A DNA stretch of 64,000 nt from Cypionkella sp. (GCA_025458085.1 JALOTC010000001.1:1808-65807); one strand, 5' to 3'. Shown: positions 19,322 through 30,810, counted from the first letter of the stretch. Numbers and translations: made by a program. The notes: generated from the letters alone by a model not told the origin.

Positions 19322-20014
19322 CTAGCCCAGATAGGCGCGGAGTGCGGGGGGCGGGTTGGCGAAAAGGGCTGCTGTCGGCGCGGGCGCTTCGGCCCGGCCA
19401 TCGGCCACCAGAATGGTCAACCCGGCAAAGCGGAGCGCATCCTGCGGGTCATGGGTGACCATGAGGACGGTCGTGCCTGCCTCGCGCGTGACCTCTGAGA
19501 CAAGCGCCAGCATTTCGGCCTTGAGCGCCGGGCCGAGGGCGGCAAAGGGTTCGTCGAGGAGGAGCAGGGGCCGGGCGCGCAGAAGCGCGCGGGCGAGTGC
19601 CGCGCGGCCCATTTGTCCGCCCGAAAGCTGTGCGGGTTTGCGCGCGCCCATGCCGGCAAGGCCCACGCGGGCCAGAGCTTCTTCGACCCGTTTCGCCTCG
19701 GCGCGCGACAGGCGCAGGTCGGGGCGCAGGCCAAGGCCGAGGTTTTGCGAGAGGCTGAGGTGGGGGAAGAGGTTCTGATCTTGGAACAGGATGGAGAGGG
19801 GCCTGTCGCCCGGCGGGATGGGGCCGAGGTCTTGGCCTTGCCAGAGGACGCGGCCCCCTGTGGGGGGCAGGAAGCCCGCGATGACGGACAAAAGCGTGGA
19901 TTTCCCCGCGCCTGAGGGGCCGATGATCGCGGCCTGTGCGCCGGTGGGGAGCGTCCAGTCAGCGGAGAGGTGGAAGTCGTCTTGGGTGATGGTGACCCTG
20001 TCAAGTTGCAGCAT
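19322..20014 (-). CDS. thiQ: Thiamine ABC transporter ATP-binding protein
   Basis: GPSGAGKST, LSGGQ, LLDEP; in operon under a TPP riboswitch. Confidence 0.9.
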   Translation of the reverse strand: MLQLDRVTITQDDFHLSADWTLPTGAQAAIIGPSGAGKSTLLSVIAGFLPPTGGRVLWQGQDLGPIPPGDRPLSILFQDQNLFPHLSLSQNLGLGLRPDLRLSRAEAKRVEEALARVGLAGMGARKPAQLSGGQMGRAALARALLRARPLLLLDEPFAALGPALKAEMLALVSEVTREAGTTVLMVTHDPQDALRFAGLTILVADGRAEAPAPTAALFANPPPALRAYLG

Positions 20015-21551
20015 AGCGCCGCCCCCCTGCATCAAAGGCCCAGAACAGGGCAAGGCTTGAGCTGACCAGAACCAAGGCTGCCGCCATGGCCTGATCCATG
20101 CGATAGCTGCCCATCAGCCGTTCGATGACAAGGGGCAGGGTCGCCTCCCGATCGCTGGCGAAAAGGGCGATGACGCCAAGGTCGCCCATGGCGAAGGCGG
20201 CGGAAAGCCCCGCGCCAAAGCCGAGGGGGCGCGCGAGGCGCGGCAGGGCGACAAGGCGGAGCCACGGCAGGCCGGAGAGGCCCAGCGCGCGGGACAGGCG
20301 ATCATAATCGGCGTGGAGGGCCTGGGCCTGTGGCAGGAGGAGCCGATAGGCGAAGGGAAGCGAGAGCGCGGTGTTCACGGCGATGGTGACGGGAAGCGCC
20401 ACGGGGCCGGGCGGGGTGATGGGGCGGAGGAGCACGAAAAGCCCAACGCCAAGGACAAGGCCAGAGGTGGCGAGTGGCAGAAGCGCCGCCGCATCCATGA
20501 GGCGCGCGCCCTTTGTGCCACGGGCTACGGCGAGGGCGAGCACCAGCGCCGCCCCGGTGGTGAGCGCGGTGGAGGCCAGCGCGATGGACAGCGACCGGCC
20601 CAGCGCAGGCCAGACGGTGGCGGGCAAATCGGCCAGACCCGGAAGGCCACGGGCCAGAACGGCGGAAAGGGGCAGGATGAGGAAAAGCGCGGCAAGGAAG
20701 ATCGCCAGCCCATCGCCCCCGCGCCGCCATCCGCCCGGCGCGGGAAGGGGCAGGAGCCGACCCAACCCTGCCCCGAAAGCGGTGGGCCGGGCCACGCGCC
20801 ATGCAGCGGCGGCGGCCGCAACGCAGAGGAGGAATTGGAGACCAGCCAGAAGCCCTGCGCGGCCAAGATCGAAATCAAGGCGCAGGGCTTGGAAGATCGC
20901 CAGTTCCACCGTTGTCGCGCGGGGGCCGCCGCCCAAGGTGAGAGCTACGGCGAAACTGGTGAGGCAGAGAACGAAGATCAGGACGAAAGCGCCGGGCAGC
21001 ACGGCGCGCAGCATCGGCGCCTCTAGATGGCGGAGCATCTGGGGGGGGCCAAAGCCGAGGCTGGCGGCAAGGCGGAAGCGTTCGGCGGGGATGGAGAGCC
21101 AGCCCATCAAGAGCATCCGCACCGCCAGTGGGAGGTTCAGAAAGACATGGGCGAGGATCACGCCTTGTGGCCCATAGACCTGCACCCGAGGCAAGCCGAG
21201 GAGGGCGAGGGCGTCGTTCACCAGACCCGCGCGGCCAAAGATGGCGACAAGGCCAAGGACAGCAACGATCACGGGCAGAAGGAAGGGCGCGCCCATCAGC
21301 GCGATCAGCGCCCCGCGACCGGGAAAGCGCCTGCGGGCCAAGGCGCGGGCCACGGGAATGGCGAGCAGGCAAGAGAGTGCGGCGGAGATCAGCGCTTGGG
21401 TGAGCGTGAAACGCAGCGCCGCCCAATCGCCGGGGCCAAGGGCGGGCCAATCCCCGGCGCGGATCAGCACCGCGCCGAGGGGGAGGAGCGCAAGGGCCGC
21501 GACGGATGCCGCGACCAAAGCGCCAGTTATTGCGAGAGCGCGGCGCGCCAT
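20001..21551 (-). CDS. thiP: Thiamine ABC transporter permease
   Basis: Double permease domain; LAHVFLNLPL, LTLGGGPRATTVE. Confidence 0.9.
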   Translation of the reverse strand: MARRALAITGALVAASVAALALLPLGAVLIRAGDWPALGPGDWAALRFTLTQALISAALSCLLAIPVARALARRRFPGRGALIALMGAPFLLPVIVAVLGLVAIFGRAGLVNDALALLGLPRVQVYGPQGVILAHVFLNLPLAVRMLLMGWLSIPAERFRLAASLGFGPPQMLRHLEAPMLRAVLPGAFVLIFVLCLTSFAVALTLGGGPRATTVELAIFQALRLDFDLGRAGLLAGLQFLLCVAAAAAAWRVARPTAFGAGLGRLLPLPAPGGWRRGGDGLAIFLAALFLILPLSAVLARGLPGLADLPATVWPALGRSLSIALASTALTTGAALVLALAVARGTKGARLMDAAALLPLATSGLVLGVGLFVLLRPITPPGPVALPVTIAVNTALSLPFAYRLLLPQAQALHADYDRLSRALGLSGLPWLRLVALPRLARPLGFGAGLSAAFAMGDLGVIALFASDREATLPLVIERLMGSYRMDQAMAAALVLVSSSLALFWAFDAGGRRYAAT

Positions 21552-22510
21552 TCCTCGACCGCCGCGGTGCGCAGGGCTTCGGCTTCCTCCTCCGAATACA
21601 GCAGGCCCTTTTCCGGTAGGGGCAGGTCGGCCCAGCCTTCGGGCCATTGATCGCGGGGAAGCGCCGAGGGAAGCGACCAGTTGGCCGCCGGGATCACCTT
21701 TTGGAATTCGGGCGAGAGGACCCAGGCGAGGAATTGATCCGCCAGTGCGGATTGGTCGGTTCCGGCGATTTTGCCCACGGTTTCGGCCATCACGTAATGG
21801 CCTTCGGGGAAAAGCGCGGCCTTCTTGGTCAGATCACCTTCGGCCATGATGTGATAGGCGGGGGAGGTGGTGTAGCTGAGCACCATATCCGCCTCGCCAT
21901 CGGTGAAGAGGCCATAGCTTTCGGACCAATCCTTGGTCACCGTGAGGATATTCGGGGCAATATCGGCCCAGAAGGCCCCTGCCTGATCGCCATAGACGGA
22001 TTTGACCCAGAGGACGAGCGCGAGGCCCGAGATGGAACTGCGCGGGTCTTGGATGACGATTTTCACCTCATCCGGCAGGGCGCGGAGGTCCTCGAAACTG
22101 GTGGGTGGGGTGGAAAGACGGGTATCGTCGTAGATGAAGGCGGTATGACCCCAGTTGAAAGGGAGGAAGGTGTCGTCCTGCCAAGCGACGGGGAGGGTTA
22201 GGGCAGAGAGGTCTTGCCCATGCGGCGCGAAAAGCCCGGTTTCGCGGGCGCGTTTCAGGACATCGGTGGAGAGGCCCATGACGAGATCGGCCTCTGTCCC
22301 CTCGCCTTCCAGTAGGATTCGGGGCAGAAGGTCGCCGACCGAGAATTGCAGGTCACAGGCACAGATCGCCTCGAACCCCTGTTCGATGGCCGGGCCGGGG
22401 CCCCATTCCGAGGTGAAGTAATCGCCTGCATAGACGGTTAAAACGGGTGTCTCGGCCACGGCAGCGGTGGCGATAAGCGAGAGACTGGCCGCAAGGATCG
22501 AAGTTTTCAT
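21527..22510 (-). CDS. thiB: Thiamine ABC transporter substrate-binding protein
   Basis: SEWGPGP, QDPRSS, WSESYGLF, LSYTTSPAYH; signal peptide. Confidence 0.92.
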   Translation of the reverse strand: MKTSILAASLSLIATAAVAETPVLTVYAGDYFTSEWGPGPAIEQGFEAICACDLQFSVGDLLPRILLEGEGTEADLVMGLSTDVLKRARETGLFAPHGQDLSALTLPVAWQDDTFLPFNWGHTAFIYDDTRLSTPPTSFEDLRALPDEVKIVIQDPRSSISGLALVLWVKSVYGDQAGAFWADIAPNILTVTKDWSESYGLFTDGEADMVLSYTTSPAYHIMAEGDLTKKAALFPEGHYVMAETVGKIAGTDQSALADQFLAWVLSPEFQKVIPAANWSLPSALPRDQWPEGWADLPLPEKGLLYSEEEAEALRTAAVEEWRAALSQ

Positions 22511-22558
22511 GGCTTCCTCCAGTTGCGACGGAATGGTCGGGCTGGAGCGGGTCCAAGG

Positions 22559-22646
22559 CACCTTCCCTCCGCCGGTATGATCCGGTTCAGGTTCAACGGG
22601 TCCGCTTGCGCATCTCAGCCCGGCCAAAACCGGGCACCCCGAGGTA
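22559..22646 (-). ncRNA. TPP riboswitch
   Basis: Minus strand GGGGTGC...CTGAGA...ACCCGTTGAACCTGAACCGGATCATACCGGCGGAGGGAA upstream of thiB. Confidence 0.95.
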
Positions 22647-22702
22647 AGCTGGGAAAATAGGCGCTTGGGTGGCGGGCACAAGCGGAAACTGCGCCGGAGG
22701 GA

Positions 22703-23557
22703 TCATTCGCTGTGCAGGAGGGCGGCGAGGCCTTCGCGGTAGCTCGGGTAGAGGAGGGTCACGCCCAGCTCATCCTTGATGCGATCGTTTCGGACGCGTT
22801 TGCTTTCGCTATAGAAGCTGCGCGCCATGGGGGTGAGATCGGCCTCGTCAAAGGGAATGGCGGGGGGTTCGGGCAGGCCGAGGAGATGGGCCGCATGGGA
22901 CAGCACATCTTCGGGCGGGGCGGGGTCGTCGTCGCAGACATTATAGGCCGCGCCGGGGTTCGGGTGGTGCATTGACGATTCAAGCACCTGGGCAATGTCC
23001 TCCACATGGATACGCGAAAAGACCTGCCCCGGTTTGATGATGCGCCGCGCGCTGCCATCGCGGACTTTCTCGAACGGGCCGCGACCGGGGCCGTAGATGC
23101 CCGCGAGGCGGAAGATATGGATGGGCAGGCCGGTTGCGCGCCATTGGCTTTCGGCCAGCACGCGATGCGCGCCGCGGGGGGAGGCGGGGGTGAGGGGGGT
23201 ATTTTCATCGACCCAGCCGCCCTGATGATCGCCGTAAACGCCGGTGGTGGAGAGGTAGCCTACCCAAGCAGGCCGGGCTGCGGCGATCTGCGGGCCTGCG
23301 AACGCGAGGAAGGGGTCGCCCGTGGCATCGGGTGCGGCGCTGGCAAGGATATGGGTGGCGCGCGCGAGGGCGGAGGTCAGAGCGGTATCGCCCGCATCCG
23401 TGGGGGGCCAGAGCAGCGGCTCTATCCCTTCGGCCTTCAGCACCTTGGCCCGGTCGCGGCTGCGGCAGGTTCCGATCACGGCCCAGCCTTGGGGCAAGAG
23501 CCTGCGGGCAAGCGCTTGGGCGGAATAGCCGTAACCGAGGCAGAGAAGCGTGTTCAT
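22703..23557 (-). CDS. NAD-dependent epimerase / atypical SDR family protein
   Basis: GYGYSA, YLSTTGVYGD, RLAGIYGPGR, SRIHVEDIA. Confidence 0.88.
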   Translation of the reverse strand: MNTLLCLGYGYSAQALARRLLPQGWAVIGTCRSRDRAKVLKAEGIEPLLWPPTDAGDTALTSALARATHILASAAPDATGDPFLAFAGPQIAAARPAWVGYLSTTGVYGDHQGGWVDENTPLTPASPRGAHRVLAESQWRATGLPIHIFRLAGIYGPGRGPFEKVRDGSARRIIKPGQVFSRIHVEDIAQVLESSMHHPNPGAAYNVCDDDPAPPEDVLSHAAHLLGLPEPPAIPFDEADLTPMARSFYSESKRVRNDRIKDELGVTLLYPSYREGLAALLHSE

Positions 23558-23683
23558 GGTCGGACTATCCGCCGCCCCGGGCGCGCGCGCAAGCGGGATG
23601 ATCGGCGGGGTGTCACCAAGGCTTCACTTGCGCAAGGCCCAGCCTTCCGGCTTATATGCCGGATCATTTTCAAGAGTCAGAAC

Positions 23684-25062
23684 ATGCAAGACGGACCTGC
23701 CGCCATTCTTTTCCCCGATGTTCCCGCCCCCGAGGCGTTCATGGACCCTGCCGCCGCCGTGGACCGGCTGGAGGCGATTTATACCAAGGCCACTGCCTTT
23801 CTGCTGCGCGAGTTCAGCGCCTGTGTCACGCAGGGGCGGCCTGCCAGCCGGATCCGGGCCTTTTACCCGGAAATCCGGCTGACGGTGGACAGCCATAACA
23901 AGACGGATTCGCGTCTGTCCTTTGGCCATGTGGCGGCCCCCGGCACCTATGTTACAACCGTCACGCGGCCTGATCTGTTTCGGAATTACCTGATCCAGCA
24001 ATTGGGTCTGTTGATCCAGAGCCATGGGCAGCCGGTGATCATCGGCGCGTCGGATACGCCGATTCCGGTGCATTTCGCGGTGGCCGGGAATGCCGACGTC
24101 TCTGTTCCGCAGGAAGGCGTTCTCGATTTCTCCCCTTTACCGCGCAAAGAGTGGATTACTCGCTGGCGCGGCTGAGCCATTACACCGCGACAGACCCGGT
24201 GCATTTCCAGAACCATGTTCTGTTCACCAACTATCAGTTCTATGTGGAGGAGTTCGAGGCCTATGCCCGGCAGATGCTGGCAGACCCGGCCTCTGGCTAT
24301 ACCGGCTTTGTGGCCACGGGGAACCAGATCATCACCACGCCTGATGGGGTGATAAACCCCGTGGCCAAGATGCCCCAGATGCCGACCTATCACCTGACGC
24401 GGGCGGATGGGAACGGGATCACGCTGGTGAATATCGGGGTGGGGCCGTCCAATGCCAAAACGGCGACAGACCATATCGCGGTGCTGCGCCCGCATGCCTG
24501 GTTGATGGTGGGGCATTGCGCGGGGCTGCGGAATACGCAGGCTTTGGGCGATTTCGTTCTGGCGCATGCCTATCTGCGCGAGGATCATGTGCTGGATGAT
24601 GATCTGCCGGTTTGGGTGCCGATCCCGGCGCTGGCGGAAATCCAGATCGCCTTGCAGGATGCCGTGGCCGAGGTGACGCAGCTTGAAGGCTATGAGTTGA
24701 AGAGGATCATGCGGACAGGGACGGTTGCCACCATCGACAACCGCAACTGGGAATTGCGCGATCAATCCGGCCCGGTGAAACGGTTGAGCCAGAGCCGCGC
24801 CATTGCACTGGATATGGAAAGCGCCACGATTGCCGCCAATGGGTTCCGGTTCCGGGTGCCTTATGGCACGTTGCTCTGTGTGTCGGACAAGCCTTTGCAT
24901 GGCGAGTTGAAACTGCCCGGAATGGCCAGCGCCTTTTACAAGACGCAGGTCGCGCGGCATTTGCAGATCGGCATTCGGGCGATGGAGCGGTTGCGTCAGA
25001 TGCCTATTGAGCGGATTCACAGCCGGAAATTGCGCAGTTTTGAGGAAACTGCATTCCTTTGA
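23684..25062 (+). pseudogene. amn: AMP nucleosidase, frameshifted at ~24133 as sequenced (probably an artefact)
   Basis: N-terminal part ends ...PQEGVLDFS; C-terminal part PFTAQRVDYSL...LFTNYQFY...NIGVGPSNAKT...DMESA is in another frame. Confidence 0.85.
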
Positions 25063-25203
25063 CGCGCGGTTTCCGCCGCTATCGCGCGGATTGCTCTTGA
25101 TTTGGAGCGCAAAACCTTGTGTAGCGGATCAGTCGCCTTTGAAGGCCAAAAGATGCTCTGCGCCCTTGCCGATGGGGGCTCACATAACTGAAGGAAGATT
25201 GAC

Positions 25204-25491
25204 ATGAGCAAACCGATGACCAAGACCCAGCTTGTCGCAGCCATCGCCGAAGCCATGGGTGCCGACAAGAAAACCGCCGGTGCTGCGCTGGATGCCATTG
25301 CCGATGTGGTGACGCGCGAAGTTGCCGCCGGTGGTGCCGTGACCCTGCCGGGTCTTGGCAAGGTCGCTTGCCGTGCACGGCCCGAGCGTCAGGTGCGCAA
25401 CCCCGCGACGGGCGAAACCATGACGAAGCCCGCGGACAAGCAGGTGAAATTCGCCATCGCCAAGGCGCTGAAGGACAGTGTCAACGCCTGA
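25204..25491 (+). CDS. HU-family DNA-binding protein
   Basis: MTKTQLVAAIAE, RNPATGE. Confidence 0.92.
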   Translation: MSKPMTKTQLVAAIAEAMGADKKTAGAALDAIADVVTREVAAGGAVTLPGLGKVACRARPERQVRNPATGETMTKPADKQVKFAIAKALKDSVNA

Positions 25492-25514
25492 TTGGTGTGA
25501 CATGACGGTTGCGG

Positions 25515-25538
25515 GGCCGCCCTAGGGGCGGCCTTTTG
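25515..25538 (+). terminator. Terminator after the HU gene
   Basis: ggccgccc-tag-gggcggcc-tttt. Confidence 0.65.
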
Positions 25539-25550
25539 CATCGGGGGGAG

Positions 25551-26432
25551 ATGATGGACCTGCGCGCCATTCTGATGGGACTGGCCTTTGCCGTGATGTG
25601 GTCTTCGGCCTTTGCCACGGCCCGGATCATCGTGGCCGATGCGCCGCCGCTGTTGGCGCTGGCCGCGCGCTTTGCGCTGACCGGGACGATTGCCATCGTT
25701 CTGGCGCGGATCATGGGGCAAAGTTGGACCCTGCCCGGTGGGCTGCGTGGGCCACAGGCGCGGGCGGTGGTGATTTTCGGCCTGTGCCAGAACACGATCT
25801 ATCTGGGCCTGAACTTCGTGGCGATGCAGTGGATCGAAGGGTCCTTGGCTGCGATCATCGCCTCGTCCATGCCGTTGATGGTGGCGGCACTGGGCTGGGC
25901 CTTCATGGGGCAGCGGACAACGGCGCGGGGGCTTTTGGGGCTTGTCGCCGGAATGGCGGGTGTCGCGCTCATCATGGGGTCGCGGCTGACGGGCGGGGCG
26001 GACCCTTTGGGTGTTGCGCTTTGCGTTGTGGGGGCTTTGGCCTTGGGCGTGGCCACGCTGACGGTGCGGGGTGCTGCAGGGCAGGGCAATCTGCTGATGG
26101 TCGTGGGATTGCAGATGCTGGTGGGGGCGGTCAGCCTTGGCCTCATCTCGGCCCTGACCGAGGTGCCGGTGGTGACACTCTCGCCGCAATGGGTGGCGGC
26201 GTTCCTGTATCAGTGCTTTGTGCCGGGCCTTGCCGCGACGCTGATCTGGTTCGCGCTGGTGGGGCGGATTGGTGCGGTGCGGGCGGCGACGTTCCATTTC
26301 TTGAACCCCGCCTTCGGCGTGGCGATTGCCGCCATGCTGTTGGGAGAGGGGATCGGGATGGTCGATCTGGCGGGAGTTGCCATCGCAACGGTGGGAATTC
26401 TTCTCGTTCAACTGGAACGCGCGCGTATCTGA
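25551..26432 (+). CDS. DMT/EamA-family transporter
   Basis: WSSAF, about ten TM helices, FLNPAFG..LLGE. Confidence 0.88.
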   Translation: MMDLRAILMGLAFAVMWSSAFATARIIVADAPPLLALAARFALTGTIAIVLARIMGQSWTLPGGLRGPQARAVVIFGLCQNTIYLGLNFVAMQWIEGSLAAIIASSMPLMVAALGWAFMGQRTTARGLLGLVAGMAGVALIMGSRLTGGADPLGVALCVVGALALGVATLTVRGAAGQGNLLMVVGLQMLVGAVSLGLISALTEVPVVTLSPQWVAAFLYQCFVPGLAATLIWFALVGRIGAVRAATFHFLNPAFGVAIAAMLLGEGIGMVDLAGVAIATVGILLVQLERARI

Positions 26433-26637
26433 CGGAACGGAATTCCGAGGTGCCGCCTAAGCTGCGAATGCCTTCCCTTGGCTGTCTGAATTGCGGCGAT
26501 GCTGCAAGCGAACATGGCATTGCCGTGAAACTGCCTTCTTTTCTTGATTTTTCGCCTGCCGAACCATTGGATTTTCGCGCTGTTTTTGCCATTTCGGGCG
26601 GGGCGGCAGTGGGGCCGAAAGGCGAGGTCGGGAGATC

Positions 26638-27564
26638 ATGAGTACAGTAGAGTTTGAGGCGGATCGTATGAGCCTGACCCATTTGCAGAGGCTGGAGGCT
26701 GAAAGCATCCACATCATGCGCGAGGTTGTGGCCAATGCCGACAATCCCGTGATGCTGTATTCCATCGGCAAAGACAGCGCCTGCATGTTGCATCTGGCGA
26801 AAAAGGCTTTCTATCCGGCACCGCCGCCCTTTCCGCTGCTGCATGTGGATACGACATGGAAGTTCCGTGCCATGTATGCCATGCGCCAGCGCGCGGCGGA
26901 TGAGGCGGGGATGAAGCTGATCGTGCATCAGAACCCCGAGGCGAAGGCCAAGGGGATCAACCCTTTTGACCATGGCAGCCTGCATACCGATATGTGGAAA
27001 ACCGAAGGGTTGAAACAGGCGCTGGACCTGCATGGGTTTGACGTGGCCTTTGGCGGCGCGCGGCGGGATGAGGAAAAGAGCCGCGCGAAGGAGCGTGTTT
27101 TCTCTTTCCGCTCCGCCAACCACCGCTGGGACCCAAAGAACCAACGCCCTGAGTTGTGGAAGCTCTATAACACCCGAAAATCCAAGGGGGAGTCGATCCG
27201 GGTTTTCCCGCTGTCGAATTGGACGGAACTGGACATCTGGCAGTATATCCATCTGGAAAAGATCGAGATCGTGCCGCTTTATTTCGCGGCCCCCCGCCCG
27301 GTGGTGGAACGCAATGGTCTGATCCTGATGGTGGATGACGACCGCTTTCCGCTTGCCCCCGGTGAGGTGCCGCAGATGCGTTCTGTCCGTTTCCGGACGC
27401 TGGGTTGCTATCCGTTGTCGGGGGCGGTGGAGTCGGAAGCAGCCACGCTGACCGAGGTCATTCAGGAAATGCTGCTGACCACCACGTCAGAGCGGCAGGG
27501 CCGGGCGATTGACCATGACCAAGCCGCCAGCATGGAAAAGAAAAAGCAAGAGGGGTATTTCTGA
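26638..27564 (+). CDS. cysD: Sulfate adenylyltransferase subunit 2
   Basis: [35 protein letters not shown]. Confidence 0.96.
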   Translation: MSTVEFEADRMSLTHLQRLEAESIHIMREVVANADNPVMLYSIGKDSACMLHLAKKAFYPAPPPFPLLHVDTTWKFRAMYAMRQRAADEAGMKLIVHQNPEAKAKGINPFDHGSLHTDMWKTEGLKQALDLHGFDVAFGGARRDEEKSRAKERVFSFRSANHRWDPKNQRPELWKLYNTRKSKGESIRVFPLSNWTELDIWQYIHLEKIEIVPLYFAAPRPVVERNGLILMVDDDRFPLAPGEVPQMRSVRFRTLGCYPLSGAVESEAATLTEVIQEMLLTTTSERQGRAIDHDQAASMEKKKQEGYF

Positions 27565-29480
27565 TGGATAGCACCACCAAAGACCCCGTCTATGTTGCCG
27601 ACCGGCTGATTGCCGAGGATATCGACGCCTATCTGCACCAGCACCAGCACAAGACCATGCTGCGCTTCATCACCTGCGGGTCGGTAGATGATGGGAAATC
27701 CACGCTGATCGGGCGGCTGCTGTATGATTCGAAGATGATCTTTGAGGATCAACTCGCCTCGCTGGAGCGGGACTCGAAAAGTGTGGGGACGCAGGCGGGC
27801 GAGATCGACTTTGCCCTTCTGGTCGATGGTCTGGCGGCAGAGCGCGAGCAGGGGATCACGATTGACGTGGCCTATCGCTTCTTTGCCACCGACAAGCGCA
27901 AGTTCATCGTGGCCGATACGCCGGGGCATGAGCAATATACGCGCAATATGGTCACCGGCGCATCCACCGCCGACCTTGCGGTGATCCTGATCGATGCGCG
28001 GCAAGGTGTGCTGACCCAGACGCGGCGGCACAGCTATCTGGTGCATCTGCTTGGCATCCGGAACATCGTGCTGGCGATCAACAAGATGGATCTGGTGGGG
28101 TATTCGGAGGATCGGTTCCACGAGATCGTGCGGGATTACACCCAATTCGCCCGTCAGATCGGGATGGAGGCGTTTCTGCCGATCCCGATTTCGGGGCTGA
28201 AGGGCGACAATATCGTGAGCCTAAGCCCCGCGATGCCGTGGTATCAGGGGCCTGCGCTGCTGGCCCATCTGGAGGAAGCGCCGGTCAACACCAGCCGGAT
28301 GCAGGACGGGGCGTTCCGCATGCCGGTGCAATGGGTGAACCGGCCTAACCTCGATTTCCGGGGATTCGCCGGGCAAGTCGGGTCGGGCGCGGTGCGGCCG
28401 GGCGATGCGATCCGGGTGCTGCCCTCGGGCAAGACGACGACGGTCAAATCCATCGCGTCTTTCGACGGCGATCTGCCTTTGGCCGTGGCGGGGCAATCCA
28501 TCACGCTGACTTTTGCCGATGAGGTGGATTGTTCGCGTGGGGATGTGATTACAGCGGCGGATGCGCCCTGTGAGGTGGCCGATCAGTTCGAGGCAACGCT
28601 GATCTGGATGGCAGAGGCCGAGATGCTGCCAGGGCGGCCCTATCTGCTCAAGATCGGGACGCAGACCGTGACGGCCACGGTGACGGAGCCGAAATATGAG
28701 GTGAACGTCAACACGCTGGACCATCTGGCCGCAAAGACCTTGGGGCTGAATGCGATTGGCGTGGTGAATCTGTCGACCGACCGGCCCATTCCGTTTGAAA
28801 GCTATCAGGCCAATCCTGACCTTGGCGGGTTCATCCTGATTGACCGGATGACCAATGCCACGGTGGCGGCGGGTCTGATCCATTTCGCCCTGCGGCGCAG
28901 CCAGAACATCCATTGGCAGGCTTTGGATATCAACCGCGAGGCCCATGCCGCGCAAAAGACGCAGAAGCCAGCCGTCGTGTGGTTCACGGGCCTGTCGGGT
29001 TCGGGCAAATCGACCATCGCCAATCTTGTGGAAAAGAAGCTTCATGCCATGGGCAAGCATACTTTCCTCTTGGATGGCGATAACGTGCGCCACGGGCTGA
29101 ACCGCGACCTTGGCTTTACCGATGCTGACCGGGTGGAAAACATCCGCCGTGTGGGCGAGGTGGCGAAGCTGATGACGGATGCCGGGTTGATCGTGCTGAC
29201 GGCCTTTATCTCTCCGTTCCGGGCGGAACGGCGCATGGTGCGGGAGCTGATGGTCGAGGGCGAGTTCATGGAGGTTTTCGTGGACACGCCCTTGGAAGTT
29301 GCCGAGGCGCGTGATGTGAAGGGGCTGTATCGCAAGGCGCGGGCCGGACAGTTGAAGAACTTCACCGGGATCGACAGCCCCTATGAAGTGCCAGAGGCGC
29401 CGGAACTGACCGTGAATACGGTGCAAATGACCGCCGAGGAGGCGGCGGAGCGGATCGTGCAGGCGATCCTGTCCCGCTAG
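27564..29480 (+). CDS. cysNC: Bifunctional sulfate adenylyltransferase subunit 1 / APS kinase (NodQ-like)
   Basis: [18 protein letters not shown] GTPase motifs plus GLSGSGKST and [13 protein letters not shown] kinase motifs. Confidence 0.95.
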   Translation: MDSTTKDPVYVADRLIAEDIDAYLHQHQHKTMLRFITCGSVDDGKSTLIGRLLYDSKMIFEDQLASLERDSKSVGTQAGEIDFALLVDGLAAEREQGITIDVAYRFFATDKRKFIVADTPGHEQYTRNMVTGASTADLAVILIDARQGVLTQTRRHSYLVHLLGIRNIVLAINKMDLVGYSEDRFHEIVRDYTQFARQIGMEAFLPIPISGLKGDNIVSLSPAMPWYQGPALLAHLEEAPVNTSRMQDGAFRMPVQWVNRPNLDFRGFAGQVGSGAVRPGDAIRVLPSGKTTTVKSIASFDGDLPLAVAGQSITLTFADEVDCSRGDVITAADAPCEVADQFEATLIWMAEAEMLPGRPYLLKIGTQTVTATVTEPKYEVNVNTLDHLAAKTLGLNAIGVVNLSTDRPIPFESYQANPDLGGFILIDRMTNATVAAGLIHFALRRSQNIHWQALDINREAHAAQKTQKPAVVWFTGLSGSGKSTIANLVEKKLHAMGKHTFLLDGDNVRHGLNRDLGFTDADRVENIRRVGEVAKLMTDAGLIVLTAFISPFRAERRMVRELMVEGEFMEVFVDTPLEVAEARDVKGLYRKARAGQLKNFTGIDSPYEVPEAPELTVNTVQMTAEEAAERIVQAILSR

Positions 29481-29487
29481 GGGTGGG

Positions 29488-30765
29488 TCAGCGCAGGGCG
29501 CGGCCCTTCACGATGGCCTCTTTGCCGAAACGGGCGCGGATTTTGTCTGCCGCCCGTTCGGCGGCGGCGCGGCGGGCGGCGTCTGGGTCCAGCAGGTCGG
29601 GGCTGATGTCGGCCTGATCTTCGGGGACAAGATCGGCAAGCCCCACGCCGATCAGGCGGAAGGGGCCACGGTCGCCGGATTGATCCAAAAGCGCGCGGGC
29701 CGTGCGATAGATGCGGTCGGCGATCTGGGTCGCATCGCCAAGCGCCTGCCTGCGGGTCAGGGTCTGGAAATCCCCGCGTTTGAGTTTGAGCGTGACGGTG
29801 CGGCCCGCGAGTTGCTTGGCCTTGGCGCGGTCGGCCACCTGTTCGGCCAGCCGCCAGAGATGACCGTCCAAGAGATCGTGGTCTGCGGTATCGTCGCCAA
29901 AGGTGGTTTCCTTGGAAATCGACTTCACGGTTTCATCGCGGCTGACGGGGCGGGTGTCGATCCCGCGCGCGAGATGCCAGAGCCTGTCGCCCATCTGGCC
30001 AAAGCGGGCGGTGAGATCGGCACGGTCCCAGCGGAGGAGGTCTGCGATGCGGCGGATGCCGGCCTGTTCGAGGGCGGCCTGCGTTGCCGTGCCGACGCCC
30101 CAAAGGATGCGCACGGGGCGGGGGGTGAGGAAATCCTGTGTCTCTGCCCGGCCGATGATGGAAAAGCCGCGCGGCTTGTCGAGGTCGGAGGCGATCTTGG
30201 CGAGGAATTTGTTGGGGGCGAGGCCGATAGAGCCGGATACCCCCAGTTCCGCCTCCATCCGGCTGAGGAGGCGGGCCAGCATCACAGCGGGCGGGGCGCC
30301 ATGCAGGCGGGCGGTACCGGTGAGGTCGAGGAAGGCCTCATCAAGGCTGAGGGGTTCGATCGCGGGGGTCAGGTCCTCCATCATCGCGCGGATCTGGCGG
30401 CTGACCTCGGCATAGCGGGCCATGCGGGGTTTGATCACCACTGCCTCGGGGCAGAGGCGGAGCGCTTGGAACATCGGCATGGCCGACCGCACGCCTTGGA
30501 TGCGAGCGATGTAGCAGCAGGTAGAGACGACACCGCGCTGCCCGCCCCCCACAATCACCGGCTTGTCGGCAAGGCTCGGATCGTCGCGTTTTTCGACGCT
30601 GGCATAGAAGGCGTCGCAGTCCATATGCGCGATGGAGAGCGTGAAAAGCTCTGGATGCGCCACGATCCGCGGGCTGCGGCAGGCGGGGCAGCGCCCGCGC
30701 TGGGGCGGGGCGTCAAGGCAGGTCAGGCAATCGCGGCAGAGGGCGGGCATGATGGGGGCGGGCAT
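29488..30765 (-). CDS. dinB: DNA polymerase IV with N-terminal Cys motif
   Basis: HMDCDAFYASVE, SLDEAFLD, AKIASDLDKP. Confidence 0.94.
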   Translation of the reverse strand: MPAPIMPALCRDCLTCLDAPPQRGRCPACRSPRIVAHPELFTLSIAHMDCDAFYASVEKRDDPSLADKPVIVGGGQRGVVSTCCYIARIQGVRSAMPMFQALRLCPEAVVIKPRMARYAEVSRQIRAMMEDLTPAIEPLSLDEAFLDLTGTARLHGAPPAVMLARLLSRMEAELGVSGSIGLAPNKFLAKIASDLDKPRGFSIIGRAETQDFLTPRPVRILWGVGTATQAALEQAGIRRIADLLRWDRADLTARFGQMGDRLWHLARGIDTRPVSRDETVKSISKETTFGDDTADHDLLDGHLWRLAEQVADRAKAKQLAGRTVTLKLKRGDFQTLTRRQALGDATQIADRIYRTARALLDQSGDRGPFRLIGVGLADLVPEDQADISPDLLDPDAARRAAAERAADKIRARFGKEAIVKGRALR

Positions 30766-30810
30766 GATGGCGTGAGCCTATCAGGCGGCGCAGCTTTTGG
30801 GGAGGTGGAA

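Noticed and set aside
19322-22646. TPP riboswitch with thiBPQ as a novelty
   Set aside because: Canonical, well-described system; listed as a feature only.
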